Of a stretch of 64,000 nucleotides of DNA, positions 8,601 through 16,598 are shown one piece after another. Each line of letters begins with the position of its first letter. Position 1 is the first letter of the stretch. Source of the DNA: Acidobacteriota bacterium (GTDB taxonomy: Bacteria > Acidobacteriota > UBA890 > WLXD01); assembly GCA_965205505.1 (NCBI GenBank), contig CBDBHB010000007.1, positions 320,001-384,000 of the forward strand, written 5' to 3'. The notes under the pieces are model-generated. The model did not search any database. It was given only the letters and a program-made list of their open reading frames with translations, and was not told the DNA's origin. Position numbers and translations under genes: made by a program.

Positions 8601-11339
8601 GGCAGCGGCGTTGCAGACTGCCAAGATGGCGATGAAATGATGGTCCTCGAGCTGCCGGGCGAGCACATCGGCCCAGAAGAACCTGTGTGCCTGGGCATGC
8701 TGTTGCATCTGCTCGAGACGCTCCGCCGCGTCGTCCCAGACGGGTGTGAGCAACTTTGTTGCGGCATTGCTGCCCGAGTCGCTCGTCACCGCTTCCCAGG
8801 TCTGGCGGGCATCGACAAAGGCATCGCGAGCAGCCACAAGGAGGGCGCGGAGATGGCCGCGACGCCCCTCTTCCAAGGCCAGCGGAGAACGCGCCAGATC
8901 GGCACGATAGCCACGCAGGGCGGCGCGCGTGCGCTCCAGCCGAGCGCGCGTGGCTGCGTGGGATGGGCCCGGCAGCGCGCTCGCATCGGCATCGCGAATG
9001 GTATCCAGTAGCTCCGGCAGGAATCCCGGTCGTGAACCCAGACGCGGTTGTGGCTCGGGCCGGTCGGCGAGGTAGGCGTGGAGCTCTTGCTGCGCGGGTG
9101 TATAGGTCTGATAGATGAGCCGCTGCTGGGTGGCGCGGCTCCAGTGCACATCGCCCGTGGCGCGCCAACAAGTCTCGCATTTGATGCAGTTTTCGTAGTT
9201 GACCACCACCCCCGGCTGGCCCGCCGGGTTGCGCCGCACCTCGTAGACCTTGGCCGGACAGATGTTCCACAGCGCCGACGACGACAGGTTGTTCCGGTCG
9301 GCGAGCGGCGTCGGCCACATCACCTTGATGTGGGAGTGGTGGCCGGCCTGATACGTGATCGTGCCCAGCTTCGCCTCGTAGGTCGTGGTGATGGCAACGT
9401 GATCGTCATCGAGGCGGATGCGCTCGTGGTTGTCGGCCAGCAACCGGTTGGTGAGCCGCTGGCCGAAGCGGCTCGGCTCCCAACGCAATACCGAGCGCTG
9501 GAACCACTCGGCGGCCGCCTGCGTCAAGCTGGTTGCGATGACGGCAGCACCGCCGCCCGCGACCACGGCGACATCCCAGATCGACAAGCAACCGGCGAGA
9601 TGCCGTGCCGCGGCCCGGAGCTTGTCGGCCACGTCGGTATCGTCGTTGGTGTAGACCTCGCTGAAAGCGCTCGCCAGCGCGCCGCCGAAACGTCGCCAGT
9701 ACCAACGGAACAGCCACGGAGTCGTGCCGGACTGCTCCCCACCCGCCATCACGCGATACAGAGCCCGCAGCCGCGCTCCGTCGTGCGCCCGTGCCTCCGC
9801 CACGCCGGCCCCGGCTGCCGCTGCGACTGCAGGGTCGGAGCTCTCGGCCAGGCCAACGTGCGTACCCGATCGGCGCGGCAGGAAAGCCCCGACGGTGTTC
9901 CATAGCACCCGCAGCAGGTTGGCGGGCGTGGCCGCAGCGCGAACGAGCATGCCCAAGCCGACTGCGTGGGCCAGGGCGCGGCTGTCGGCCACGATCGAGC
10001 CGTTGCCATCCCTGACGACGCGACGCACGAGCCGCACCACGCTCCAGTAGCGCTTCCAGGAACCCAGCTCCGGACGCGACATGATGTAGGCGCTGTTGTT
10101 CAACAAATCGAGCTGCTTCTCGAAGAAGAACTGCGTGCGCTCGATGTAAGCCGGCCAGTCGTGCAGGTGCTGCACGCTGCGGTAGTAGTGACTCGACTTC
10201 ACCGCCTTGAGGTACGTGTGGCGCAATGCCCGCTCGGTAAACGGCGATTGCGTCGGATCGCCACTACGTCCGAGGCCACCAGAATCGGCGGCGATCTGAC
10301 GCACCGCAGCGGCAAAGTGCAGCCCCATCGCCGTCGCCGGCCCGGTAAAGTTCGGATAGGGAAAGTCGAGGCCGATACCGCTCGCGGCGCCGCCAATGGC
10401 CAGCCCCTCGTCGACCAGCCGCGGAATTTCCTTCAGGCCGCCGCCGCGGATGATCTTGGCGCCGTACGAGGTGAGCTCGCCGCCGTCGATCATGCGGGCG
10501 ATCTCCGGTAGGCCTTTGAACCACTCCATGAGGATGTTGTGGTCGCCTTCGAAGTGCTGCCGGAGGTTGTCGAGCGGTAGAACGAACCCGAGCGACAAGC
10601 TGTCGCGGTTGGTGTAGACGAAGCCGCCCATGTTGAGCCGCGCCGTGCGCCCCTTGCGCGAGGCGTTGCGGAGCAGCATCTCGAAGGCCACGCCTTCGCC
10701 CGGCGCCAAGCCAAAGCGCTCCTCGAGCACGTCCTCCGGGAGCGAGATCACCTCTTTCACGCCCTGCAGGAAGTGCGGTGCTCCCTCGGCTCGATCACGC
10801 TCCGAAACCTGCTCGTAGCCTTCCTGGGTGACCAAATGCGACGCGTCGCCCTCCGCGAGAAACACCACATCGGCATACGCCGGACCGCGCTCGGTGTGAA
10901 CACCGATGACGCGACCTCGATGCCGGATGAGGCTCTGAACAGTAGTCTCGCAGGCGAGCATGACGCCGTGCTGGCGCGCTACCTCGGCCAGATACCGATC
11001 GTAGACGGGCCGCAGCACCGTGTAACAAGAGCGGAAAACGTCGGGTGACAGAAGGCTGGCGCCGAGTAGGCTATGGCCGTTGTACAGGTAGGCGCCGCGC
11101 TCCACGAGTCGGCGCTCGTACGGCGCCGCCGCGACGATGTCGCGGCCGAAGGCATCCGGATGTTCCAGGTTCTCCGAAAAGTAGACGGCACCCGACCAGT
11201 TCTCGGCACCGGGGAAGATCCCCGCTTCGCAGACCAGCACCGCGATTCCGGCCCTGCCGAGGGCCATCGCGGCGATGATACCCGCCGGGCCGGCCCCAAC
11301 GACGATCACATCGAAGCGGTCGGGGGCCAACGTAGTCAT
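2655..11339 (-). CDS. Giant multidomain flavoprotein: FixC-like FAD oxidoreductase + FixX-like ferredoxin + two acyl-CoA dehydrogenase domains + ETF beta + ETF alpha
   Basis: FixC: VGAGPAG, GVKEVISLPEDVLEERFGL, GGFVYTNRDSLSLG. FixX: CPAKVY...CIKCETC. ACAD-1: RVQFPG...QIFGG. ACAD-2: FALTEPTAGSD, LNGAKMWITNG, EEKLGQRGSPTNEL, RVLNIYEGTNEVQR. ETF-beta: LLKPVP...NPADETAL. ETF-alpha: GATRKV, QIGQTGVSVNPKLIIALAVSGAPQH. Confidence 0.9.
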   Translation of the reverse strand: MTTLAPDRFDVIVVGAGPAGIIAAMALGRAGIAVLVCEAGIFPGAENWSGAVYFSENLEHPDAFGRDIVAAAPYERRLVERGAYLYNGHSLLGASLLSPDVFRSCYTVLRPVYDRYLAEVARQHGVMLACETTVQSLIRHRGRVIGVHTERGPAYADVVFLAEGDASHLVTQEGYEQVSERDRAEGAPHFLQGVKEVISLPEDVLEERFGLAPGEGVAFEMLLRNASRKGRTARLNMGGFVYTNRDSLSLGFVLPLDNLRQHFEGDHNILMEWFKGLPEIARMIDGGELTSYGAKIIRGGGLKEIPRLVDEGLAIGGAASGIGLDFPYPNFTGPATAMGLHFAAAVRQIAADSGGLGRSGDPTQSPFTERALRHTYLKAVKSSHYYRSVQHLHDWPAYIERTQFFFEKQLDLLNNSAYIMSRPELGSWKRYWSVVRLVRRVVRDGNGSIVADSRALAHAVGLGMLVRAAATPANLLRVLWNTVGAFLPRRSGTHVGLAESSDPAVAAAAGAGVAEARAHDGARLRALYRVMAGGEQSGTTPWLFRWYWRRFGGALASAFSEVYTNDDTDVADKLRAAARHLAGCLSIWDVAVVAGGGAAVIATSLTQAAAEWFQRSVLRWEPSRFGQRLTNRLLADNHERIRLDDDHVAITTTYEAKLGTITYQAGHHSHIKVMWPTPLADRNNLSSSALWNICPAKVYEVRRNPAGQPGVVVNYENCIKCETCWRATGDVHWSRATQQRLIYQTYTPAQQELHAYLADRPEPQPRLGSRPGFLPELLDTIRDADASALPGPSHAATRARLERTRAALRGYRADLARSPLALEEGRRGHLRALLVAARDAFVDARQTWEAVTSDSGSNAATKLLTPVWDDAAERLEQMQQHAQAHRFFWADVLARQLEDHHFIAILAVCNAAAAPPETDVGVSDDLCVEQQLEAVEWRRREAEPRDFEAWRGEVREGCERWFDNHAVRALERGEPMSDKQEDWLRNQIAAAAPQTDGYGLRDVVLEELAATDPALALMASSHLLAVDLLALAGAPQTELEAARVVAATIHGGQRAARRLQGGGVEIDVCADFVPTALAQRYLVVVGSDGFLIDADDPRLVIEDVGSVGLIGARIRRLRGDCITVPAARRVDLSGVVDEVVLEAPAAGEPWAAVLGVALPGYLATVRGSGRYLLQRAREHAAGRVQFPGTFEDEAGRDTVAKFGAVKQMLAEMEVHRYVLESMALANPGGGDQWTGQAVSKVLASQAFGPGDRSFSYNTGQIFGGTAFSEDDDIAKYYRDSAPFRFLLGHDDALCVQVGRRRLAAARSGCDLIPCGDDEQRWAARAAEHALLGEAARRYQAACQQTEEWAGGLGSADDDLTAYAAGNIVIEVLAAKSLLVRSMRRIDAGIPTEAMVEATRLVVDRLNAEIPALIDAAGLAPATLIAGDELLENGDFAAASIPDSEPYESVYTADQPHESGEWLRNGFDPGSRRCVPEILAHDPGLARYRRQLETELRERFEAPRFDGLPYGRYLEKLHMIPDEDLDYMVRRGFMRMPIAQQLGGEGALKAEYYILSMLIGRYGDAALSLAIMGNTSIGTTPALIGLYQDLPRARAELERVRQHPEVLGDIRDGIDRVLAMLRRPNTDALAAATAEIGSLVKKRVAESMVLKYLGGGFLRAFQAATRAGQQRDLESFGAQLRQARELIDDVLGAVEERLAEYPRRQRAHELFLKTISAGYISAFALTEPTAGSDSGGVKTMARAARRRVHRDDDGVLWFWLDQDNELERRYLLDADRVEHDYDERRLLYRFADDAEPALIDHSEYDYDQDAPERTRFYMHGGRKVQFIDIGLLRTDAAGNSFYEYWVLNGAKMWITNGRFCHCMALYARTEPEGVTGFMVDRHAEGLVVGADEEKLGQRGSPTNELSLNNVRVPHEAIIGFRGRGQVNALETLNTGRAGLAVTTHSTIAELAADAIPYLRGDVAPGFEYAPRAPARPLERYWMGRVAEELVGTASVTYEMIGLLDNKCTDSVRMESAIGKYYGTESEHDCIDWMERARGLEGQTWLHRVEKTRRDARVLNIYEGTNEVQRFLLLKDLVQRVLPEWQRGAGDPEGHELAYPELVAALGGARQRLLHHLEGAVASFGQLVWANVGLQPCFFRLAEVAGMTKVIDAVLYRLEWNARRQVPAEYRARLERASRLFVQRALARIEALERRCAIALEYLVEGRYSPETQLGFLSLEETGAPTEGWGLVPDDLIEQRQQPDLAREIEIAVLLKPVPATAPRPRLADGEFAEPLRLTNPADETALLAALALKKRDPQRIKVSVYTLAGVDGASVVRAALALGADHAVHLDSSASNGVGSVRHDGDYVARVVAAALNRRPADVVVCGASAADTGQGVVSSYLAVALGSKVYGGVESLRWGDGAATRLKIAAASWEGRELSVQIPCVVATLPRLGEAADYDLSAWLNAATAEIERLSAADLVGDRATVRVRHRARAVAASNGRDLRVDSPEDAVGVLLDVAGVGAAATDPASAYEGRMLSLREQPSDDEAGSCLFVLAPVGDELPASANSDLRLARDLADGVGMLLDVVVPVDTDQVSAEVVAGSVLAAVRPRRAYIVAMAGAAGFSAHGHLEWFEEFWAKYRGELRWLLAATWANELFARFVAGGVANTEAGRCWSWHNVESISNGGGHARVATRIYGGAARAEAELPLESGLRVLTLGTTVELDLTGGRRASEREQEPQVYKWSPDLEYDAGHDPLARFLASLAGDQDTLQDAEIIIDFGYGAGGRAGIDELAEPLRQLLVDEMGLRNVMIGATRKVTQDLELLPADRQIGQTGVSVNPKLIIALAVSGAPQHVDYIGDRAVILSFNVDPDAPLMKLNEQRKTPLVHPIVGDVWDTVPRFVEAIREHLRKARSA

Positions 11340-11355
11340 GACGTATAAGAGGAAG

Positions 11356-11382
11356 AACAGATGAAAAGAAAAACAGATGAAA
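11356..11382. promoter_or_regulatory. Direct repeat AACAGATGAAA x2 in an AT-rich tract upstream of the giant ORF (candidate operator)
   Basis: Exact 11-mers at 11356-11366 and 11372-11382 in the divergent intergenic region. Confidence 0.4.
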
Positions 11383-11478
11383 TAAAGACGTACGGATATG
11401 AATCCATGGTATTCGAGAGAGCAGAAGTCGACTAGCAGGCCCGACTAGTGGCCTGTTGCAGGCCACAAGAGGGGAGCT

Positions 11479-13005
11479 ATGTACCGTCATCGTGTGATCG
11501 GCCGCGCACTCCTGCTGTTGATGGCGACCACGGTCGCCGACGCCACGACCGGCCAGTCGGAGCCGGGCCGACAGCTGCTCGTCGGTGCCACGATCGTCGA
11601 TGGCACAGGTAGCACCGCGTACCGCGGCGAGGTGTTGCTCGAGGGCGACCGTATTGCCGCCGTCGGCACAAACGGATCGCTGCGCCCATCGGACTCCGAG
11701 GCGACGCTGACGGTGATCGATCTCGCTGGCCTCATCCTGGCGCCAGGGTTCATCGACATCCACAACCACTCCACCCAAAGTTTGCGAGACGACCCGCTGG
11801 CGACGACGCAGATCGCGCAGGGGGTAACGACGATCGTGGTGGGCGCCGACGGCTCCTCCCCGTGGCCCATCGGCGAGTATCTCGACGACATCGACGCGCT
11901 TTCGACAACGCTGAATGTCGGCACGCTCGTGGGTCACGGCACCGTTCGACGCGACGTGCTGGGCGACGATTACCGACGTGTCGCCAGCACCACCGAAGTC
12001 AGGGAGATGGCGCTCCGGGTGCGGCAGGGGATGCTGGAGGGTGCCTTCGGCCTTTCGAGCGGCCTCGAATACGATCCTGGCTACTACTCGACCACCGAAG
12101 AGCTGATCGAGCTGGCGAGCGTCGCCGGTGGGCTCGGCGGTTTCTACATGTCGCACGTTCGCGACGAGGAGGACGGCCTTCTCGACGCGATCGACGAGGC
12201 CCTGCGCATCGGCGTCGAGGGCAAGCTGCCGGTACAAATCTCGCACATCAAGACCGGCAACGCCGCGGTGTGGGGCCAGGCGCGTGCGGTTCTGGGGCGG
12301 CTCGCAGCGGCTCGCGTCGCGGGGCTCGACGTGACCGCCGATCAGTACCCCTACACCGCCTGGCAGTCGGGACTCGGGATCGTCGTGCCCTCACGACGCT
12401 TCGACGATCCGGTCGCGGTGGCGGAGGGCCTCGCGGCCGTCGGCGGCGGTTCGCGTTTGCAGATCGTCGGCTACGACGCGGACCCCGCGGCTCACGGCAT
12501 GAGGCTGAGCGAGGTCGCCGCCCGCGCCGGCAAGAGCGAGGTCGAGATGTACATGGAAATGATGGCCAACGGCGGCTCGGGCATCATCGGCCACACCATG
12601 AGCCAGGAGGATGTCGACACCTTCATGACCTCGCCGCTGGTGATGACCGCCAGCGATGGCGGCGTTGGCAGCAGCCATCCGCGCGGCGCAGGTGCCTTTG
12701 CTCGTATTCTCGGCCACTACCTGCGCGAGCGCGAGATGCTATCGCTCGAGCGTGCGGTGCAACGGGCCACCAGGATGCCGGCGCAGCGCCTTGGCCTCGA
12801 CGATCGCGGCGTCATTCGACCAGGAGCCATGGCCGACCTGGTGGCATTCGACGCCGCCACCATCACGGACCACAGCACCTTTACCGATCCTCTCCGGTCA
12901 GCCACGGGCGTGCACGCAACCTGGGTGTCCGGGCAAAGGGTATGGGCCGAAGGACACCCGACCGGCGTACGCCCCGGACGAGGACTGCGGCACCCGGCTC
13001 AATAA
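11479..13005 (+). CDS. N-acyl-D-amino-acid deacylase (D-aminoacylase) family amidohydrolase, exported
   Basis: PGFIDIHNH, QGVTTIVVGADG, GLSSGLEYDPG, YMSHVRDE, QISHIK, HPRGAGAF; signal peptide. Confidence 0.85.
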   Translation: MYRHRVIGRALLLLMATTVADATTGQSEPGRQLLVGATIVDGTGSTAYRGEVLLEGDRIAAVGTNGSLRPSDSEATLTVIDLAGLILAPGFIDIHNHSTQSLRDDPLATTQIAQGVTTIVVGADGSSPWPIGEYLDDIDALSTTLNVGTLVGHGTVRRDVLGDDYRRVASTTEVREMALRVRQGMLEGAFGLSSGLEYDPGYYSTTEELIELASVAGGLGGFYMSHVRDEEDGLLDAIDEALRIGVEGKLPVQISHIKTGNAAVWGQARAVLGRLAAARVAGLDVTADQYPYTAWQSGLGIVVPSRRFDDPVAVAEGLAAVGGGSRLQIVGYDADPAAHGMRLSEVAARAGKSEVEMYMEMMANGGSGIIGHTMSQEDVDTFMTSPLVMTASDGGVGSSHPRGAGAFARILGHYLREREMLSLERAVQRATRMPAQRLGLDDRGVIRPGAMADLVAFDAATITDHSTFTDPLRSATGVHATWVSGQRVWAEGHPTGVRPGRGLRHPAQ

Positions 13006-13013
13006 CGCACCTG

Positions 13014-13373
13014 CTACGCGATCTCCGCGCGCACCGCGCGAGTGAGCCCGTCGAACACCAACTGCCAAGAATGCTCCACCAACTCGACAATCAACGCGCG
13101 CGGCACCGTACCGTCGAGCAGCACCGTGTTCCAGTGTCTCTTACTCATGTGATGGCCGGGCACGACGCCGTCGGGGTAGCGCTCTCGTAGCTCCATGGCG
13201 CGCTCCGGGTCGCACTTCAGGTTCACCTGCGGCGGCATCCGCTCGAGCGCGATGAGCGCGAACATCTTCCTGCCGACCCGGTAAACGGCCGTGTCGGGGC
13301 CGAACGGCATGTCGTCGGTAGCGCCGCGTTGGGCCAGCAGCAGCTCGTGTATCTCGTCCAGTTCCATGCTCAC
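13014..13373 (-). CDS. MmcQ/YjbR family protein
   Basis: PFGPDTAVYRVGRKMFAL, NLKCDPE, PGHHMSKRHWNTV. Confidence 0.85.
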   Translation of the reverse strand: MSMELDEIHELLLAQRGATDDMPFGPDTAVYRVGRKMFALIALERMPPQVNLKCDPERAMELRERYPDGVVPGHHMSKRHWNTVLLDGTVPRALIVELVEHSWQLVFDGLTRAVRAEIA

Positions 13374-13565
13374 AGCCTGGTGCGATTATCTGCCCATGTC
13401 CAGAGGTGAGCCGCGCACAACGCGCCAAACGACGCTGCTCGGATCGTCGCGGTGGCGCACACTAGCACCCAACGCTGTGGCCCGAGATCGCTCGACATGC
13501 GCATGGTGTAGTCTCGCTTCGCTACGCGCGCCCGCGCCGTTTCGCCGCATCGGAGACCATCCGCG

Positions 13566-14315
13566 ATGTCCGCAAACAAGCGCCTCGGCCTCATCGGGTT
13601 CGGACAGTTCGGTCGGTACGCCGTACCGTTCCTGACGCCCCACTTCGAGATCGTCGTGTACGACACTGCCGACATCGCTGCGAGCGCCAGCGAGCTCGGC
13701 GTTCGCAGCGTCATGCTCGAGGAAGCGGCAAGCTGCGAGATCGTCGTCCTGGCAGTGCCGATGCAGGCGTTGCAAGCGACCCTTCGACAGATGGCCGGAA
13801 GCGTCTGCGCCGGGGCGCTCATCGTCGATGTTTGCTCGGTCAAGGCAGCACCGGTGCGTTGGATGCGCGACGCGCTGCCCGAGCATGTTGAGATCATCGG
13901 CACGCACCCGATGTTCGGACCCCACAGCGGCGGCGACTTGCTCGAGGGCCAGCAGATCGTCGTCTGCCCGGAGCGCACGACGCGACTGGATCGCGTACAG
14001 ACGTTCCTGGAGAGCCTCGGGCTGAGGGTGATCGTAGCGGATCCCGATCGCCACGATCGTGAGTGTGCCCATACCCAGGCACTCGCCCAGTACCTCGGCC
14101 GGGCACTGCGACGTGTCGAGGGCCGCCAGCTCGACATCCGCACGCCGGCCGCGACCCTGCTGCGCGAGGTCGAGCGCATCGTCGAGGCCGACTCGTGGGA
14201 GCTGTTCGCCGCTATCGAGACAGTGAACCCGTATGCGGCCGAGATGCGTCGGGAGCTTCGTGAGCGGCTCGAAGAGCTCGAAAGGCGCTTGTCGGCCGAG
14301 CCAACGTGCGAATGA
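13566..14315 (+). CDS. tyrA: Prephenate/arogenate dehydrogenase
   Basis: GFGQFG, DVCSVK, IGTHPMFGP, HDRECAHTQALAQ. Confidence 0.8.
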   Translation: MSANKRLGLIGFGQFGRYAVPFLTPHFEIVVYDTADIAASASELGVRSVMLEEAASCEIVVLAVPMQALQATLRQMAGSVCAGALIVDVCSVKAAPVRWMRDALPEHVEIIGTHPMFGPHSGGDLLEGQQIVVCPERTTRLDRVQTFLESLGLRVIVADPDRHDRECAHTQALAQYLGRALRRVEGRQLDIRTPAATLLREVERIVEADSWELFAAIETVNPYAAEMRRELRERLEELERRLSAEPTCE

Positions 14316-15130
14316 ACAAGGGCCTTCGCTGCGAGGACCACGGCCCGGTGCGCTGCTACCGGCTGACCCGGTATCTGGCCGGCCGACGCATCATGGGCGT
14401 GGTGGTCTATGTAGTCGATGGGTTGATGATCGATACTGGCCCGCGCAGCTGCCGAAGGGCTTTCGAGGAGATTCTCCAGCGGGAGAAGGTGCGCCGCATC
14501 GTCCTCACCCATCACCACGAAGACCACGTTGGCAATGCGGCCGTCGCAGCGCAACACACCGAAACCAAGCCGAGCATTCATCCGCTCGGTATGGAGCTGG
14601 TCCGTACTGTGCCGTCGTTGCCCTTCTATCGGCGCGTCGTCTGGGGATCGCCAGAGTCAGTCGACGTCGCGCCATTAGGTGAAGAGCTGCACACCGATAA
14701 CTACACGTTCCGCGTGCTGCATACGCCGGGCCACGCAACCGATCACGTCGCGCTGCACGAGCCCGAGCAAGAGTGGTTGTTCTGCGGCGATCTGTACATC
14801 ACCGAGCGTCCGCGCCGGGCGTTCGATTTCGAGAACATCGGCGAGCTGGTCGCCTCGCTGCGCCACGTACTGGCCCTCCCCGACTGCGAACTGTTCTGCC
14901 AACACAACGGGCGCTTTGCCAGCCACCAGCACCGGCTAGGCCGGCGGCTCGACAACCTGCTGGGGCTGCGGGAACGAGCTGTGGTGTGCTTCGAGGAGGG
15001 TCGATCGATACGCGAGATCGCCGTCGCACTGGGCGTTCGCGATGGCTTCAACCGCTTTCTGAGCAGCAACGAGTGGACCGGGCGAAATCTGGTAATGGGC
15101 CTTCTCCGTGATGCCGGCAAGATCGACTGA
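14312..15130 (+). CDS. MBL-fold metallo-hydrolase
   Basis: THHHEDH, HTPGHATDH, LFCGDL; ATGA overlap with the tyrA stop. Confidence 0.85.
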   Translation: MNKGLRCEDHGPVRCYRLTRYLAGRRIMGVVVYVVDGLMIDTGPRSCRRAFEEILQREKVRRIVLTHHHEDHVGNAAVAAQHTETKPSIHPLGMELVRTVPSLPFYRRVVWGSPESVDVAPLGEELHTDNYTFRVLHTPGHATDHVALHEPEQEWLFCGDLYITERPRRAFDFENIGELVASLRHVLALPDCELFCQHNGRFASHQHRLGRRLDNLLGLRERAVVCFEEGRSIREIAVALGVRDGFNRFLSSNEWTGRNLVMGLLRDAGKID

Positions 15131-16289
15131 AGAAGTTGCCGAAGAGATCTCGCTGATCGAGCCGACCGCCATGGCGGCGCTCGTAAGCTGGTACGAAATC
15201 GAAGCGCGCGACCTGCCCTGGCGGCGAACCCGCGACCCGTACCGGATCTTGGTCTCGGAGGTGATGCTCCAGCAGACTCGGGTCGAGACGGTAATCGAAC
15301 GCTACGAGCGCTTCCTGCGCGTCTTCCCCGACCTCGGCAGCCTGGCGGCGGCATCTGAGAACGATGTGCTCGCCGAATGGTCGGGTCTCGGCTACTACCG
15401 TCGAGCACGCAACCTGCACCGGCTGGCGCGTCGGGTCATAGCCGACGGATCAGACCGGCTACCCGAAGATGTGGATGCGCTGCGTGCGCTGCCGGGCATC
15501 GGCGACTACACGGCCGCGGCGGTGGCGTCGATCGCTTTCGATCGTCCGCACCTGTCAATCGATGGCAACGTCGGACGCGTACTGTGCCGAGTGCTGGACG
15601 TCCGTGACGGCCATAATCGCGCCGCCGTCCGGCGCCACATGCGCCGCGCCTGTGCGCCAGCCCTGAGGGCACATGCGCCCGGCGAGGTCAATCAAGCGCT
15701 GATGGAGCTCGGAGCCCGCCTGTGCACCCCGCGGGCGCCGCGCTGTGACGCTTGCCCGCTCGGCGACGCCTGCGTCGCAGCCGCCGAACAGACGCAGGAG
15801 CTCCTCCCGGTTCGCACCCAGCGCAAGGTGCGAGCCGTCGAGGAGGGCGCCGCGGTGATCGAACGTGACGGCCACTTCCTGCTATTGCGCGGCCAGCGGC
15901 CCGGAGCGCTGTCGGACATGTGGGAGTTTCCGACCCTGGACTCGCGTATCGGTGAGCAGATCGTCGCCGAAGCGGCGCCGCCCGCCGATCTCACCGCGAC
16001 CAGTCCTGCGTTGGCGAACGACAACGTCGCCCAGGCACTGCAGCAACACCTGAACGACATCGGGATCCATATCCGTGATCTCGAGCCCATCGGCGAGATT
16101 CGCCACGGCATAACCAATCGCCGCATCCGTTGCCACATCTACCGCCCCGAGACGGTGAGCATCGCGACCGACCACACGGCCCCTGTCGGCGCGCCCGAGC
16201 GCGACTGGTTCACACCCGAGGAGATGGCCAAGATCCCGCTGGGGTCCACCGCCGCCAAGATCCTCCGGCTGCTCGAGGCACGCGCTTGA
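15108..16289 (+). CDS. mutY: A/G-specific adenine glycosylase MutY
   Basis: RDLPWR, SEVMLQQT, GLGYYRRARNL, LPGIGDYTA, 4Fe-4S motif CTPRAPRCDACPLGDAC, C-terminal MWEFP (NUDIX-like). Confidence 0.92.
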   Translation: MMPARSTEEVAEEISLIEPTAMAALVSWYEIEARDLPWRRTRDPYRILVSEVMLQQTRVETVIERYERFLRVFPDLGSLAAASENDVLAEWSGLGYYRRARNLHRLARRVIADGSDRLPEDVDALRALPGIGDYTAAAVASIAFDRPHLSIDGNVGRVLCRVLDVRDGHNRAAVRRHMRRACAPALRAHAPGEVNQALMELGARLCTPRAPRCDACPLGDACVAAAEQTQELLPVRTQRKVRAVEEGAAVIERDGHFLLLRGQRPGALSDMWEFPTLDSRIGEQIVAEAAPPADLTATSPALANDNVAQALQQHLNDIGIHIRDLEPIGEIRHGITNRRIRCHIYRPETVSIATDHTAPVGAPERDWFTPEEMAKIPLGSTAAKILRLLEARA

Positions 16290-16377
16290 GACCCCACCTT
16301 TGCGTCGTGCCCGCGCGATAAGAACCGGCTTGCGGTGGCTGCGCTTGCTCGCTACCGTTGACAGCTGCCTGACTTGT

Positions 16378-16452
16378 GGCCCTATCGTCTAGCCTGGCCA
16401 AGGATACCGCCCTCTCAAGGCGGAGACAGGGGTTCAAATCCCCTTAGGGCTA
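16378..16452 (+). tRNA. tRNA-Glu (anticodon CTC)
   Basis: Acceptor stem GGCCCTA/TAGGGCT, anticodon arm CCGCC-CTCTCAA-GGCGG, T arm AGGGG-TTCAAAT-CCCCT; CCA not encoded. Confidence 0.95.
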
Positions 16453-16457
16453 CCTCC

Positions 16458-16497
16458 AAGAGCCGCGGCGCCTCGGTGTCGCGGCTCTTCTGATTTC
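16458..16497 (+). terminator. Probable intrinsic terminator after tRNA-Glu
   Basis: Stem AAGAGCCGCGGCGCC / GGTGTCGCGGCTCTT followed by CTGATTT (weak U tract). Confidence 0.55.
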
Positions 16498-16561
16498 TGC
16501 GGCATGACGAATCTATGTCCCCGCGCCACAGTCGCGGAGCGAGCCGCCTGAGCGCCTCCGG

Positions 16562-16588
16562 TTGACAGCTGTAGTCGCCGTCTATAAT
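16562..16588 (+). promoter_or_regulatory. Sigma70-consensus promoter candidate for the CocE/NonD gene
   Basis: TTGACA at 16562-16567 and TATAAT at 16583-16588 (15-bp spacer), 10 nt before ATG 16599. Confidence 0.5.
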
Positions 16589-16598
16589 CAAGCGCCTC

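Noticed and set aside
2565-9905. Long plus-strand ORFs (442, 672, 703, 285 aa) opposite the giant gene
   Set aside because: Antisense shadows of a high-GC coding strand; no recognisable motifs.
16357-16367. Second GTTGACAGCTG just upstream of tRNA-Glu as a -35 box
   Set aside because: Only about 14 bp before the tRNA, with no room for a -10 element; probably coincidental.
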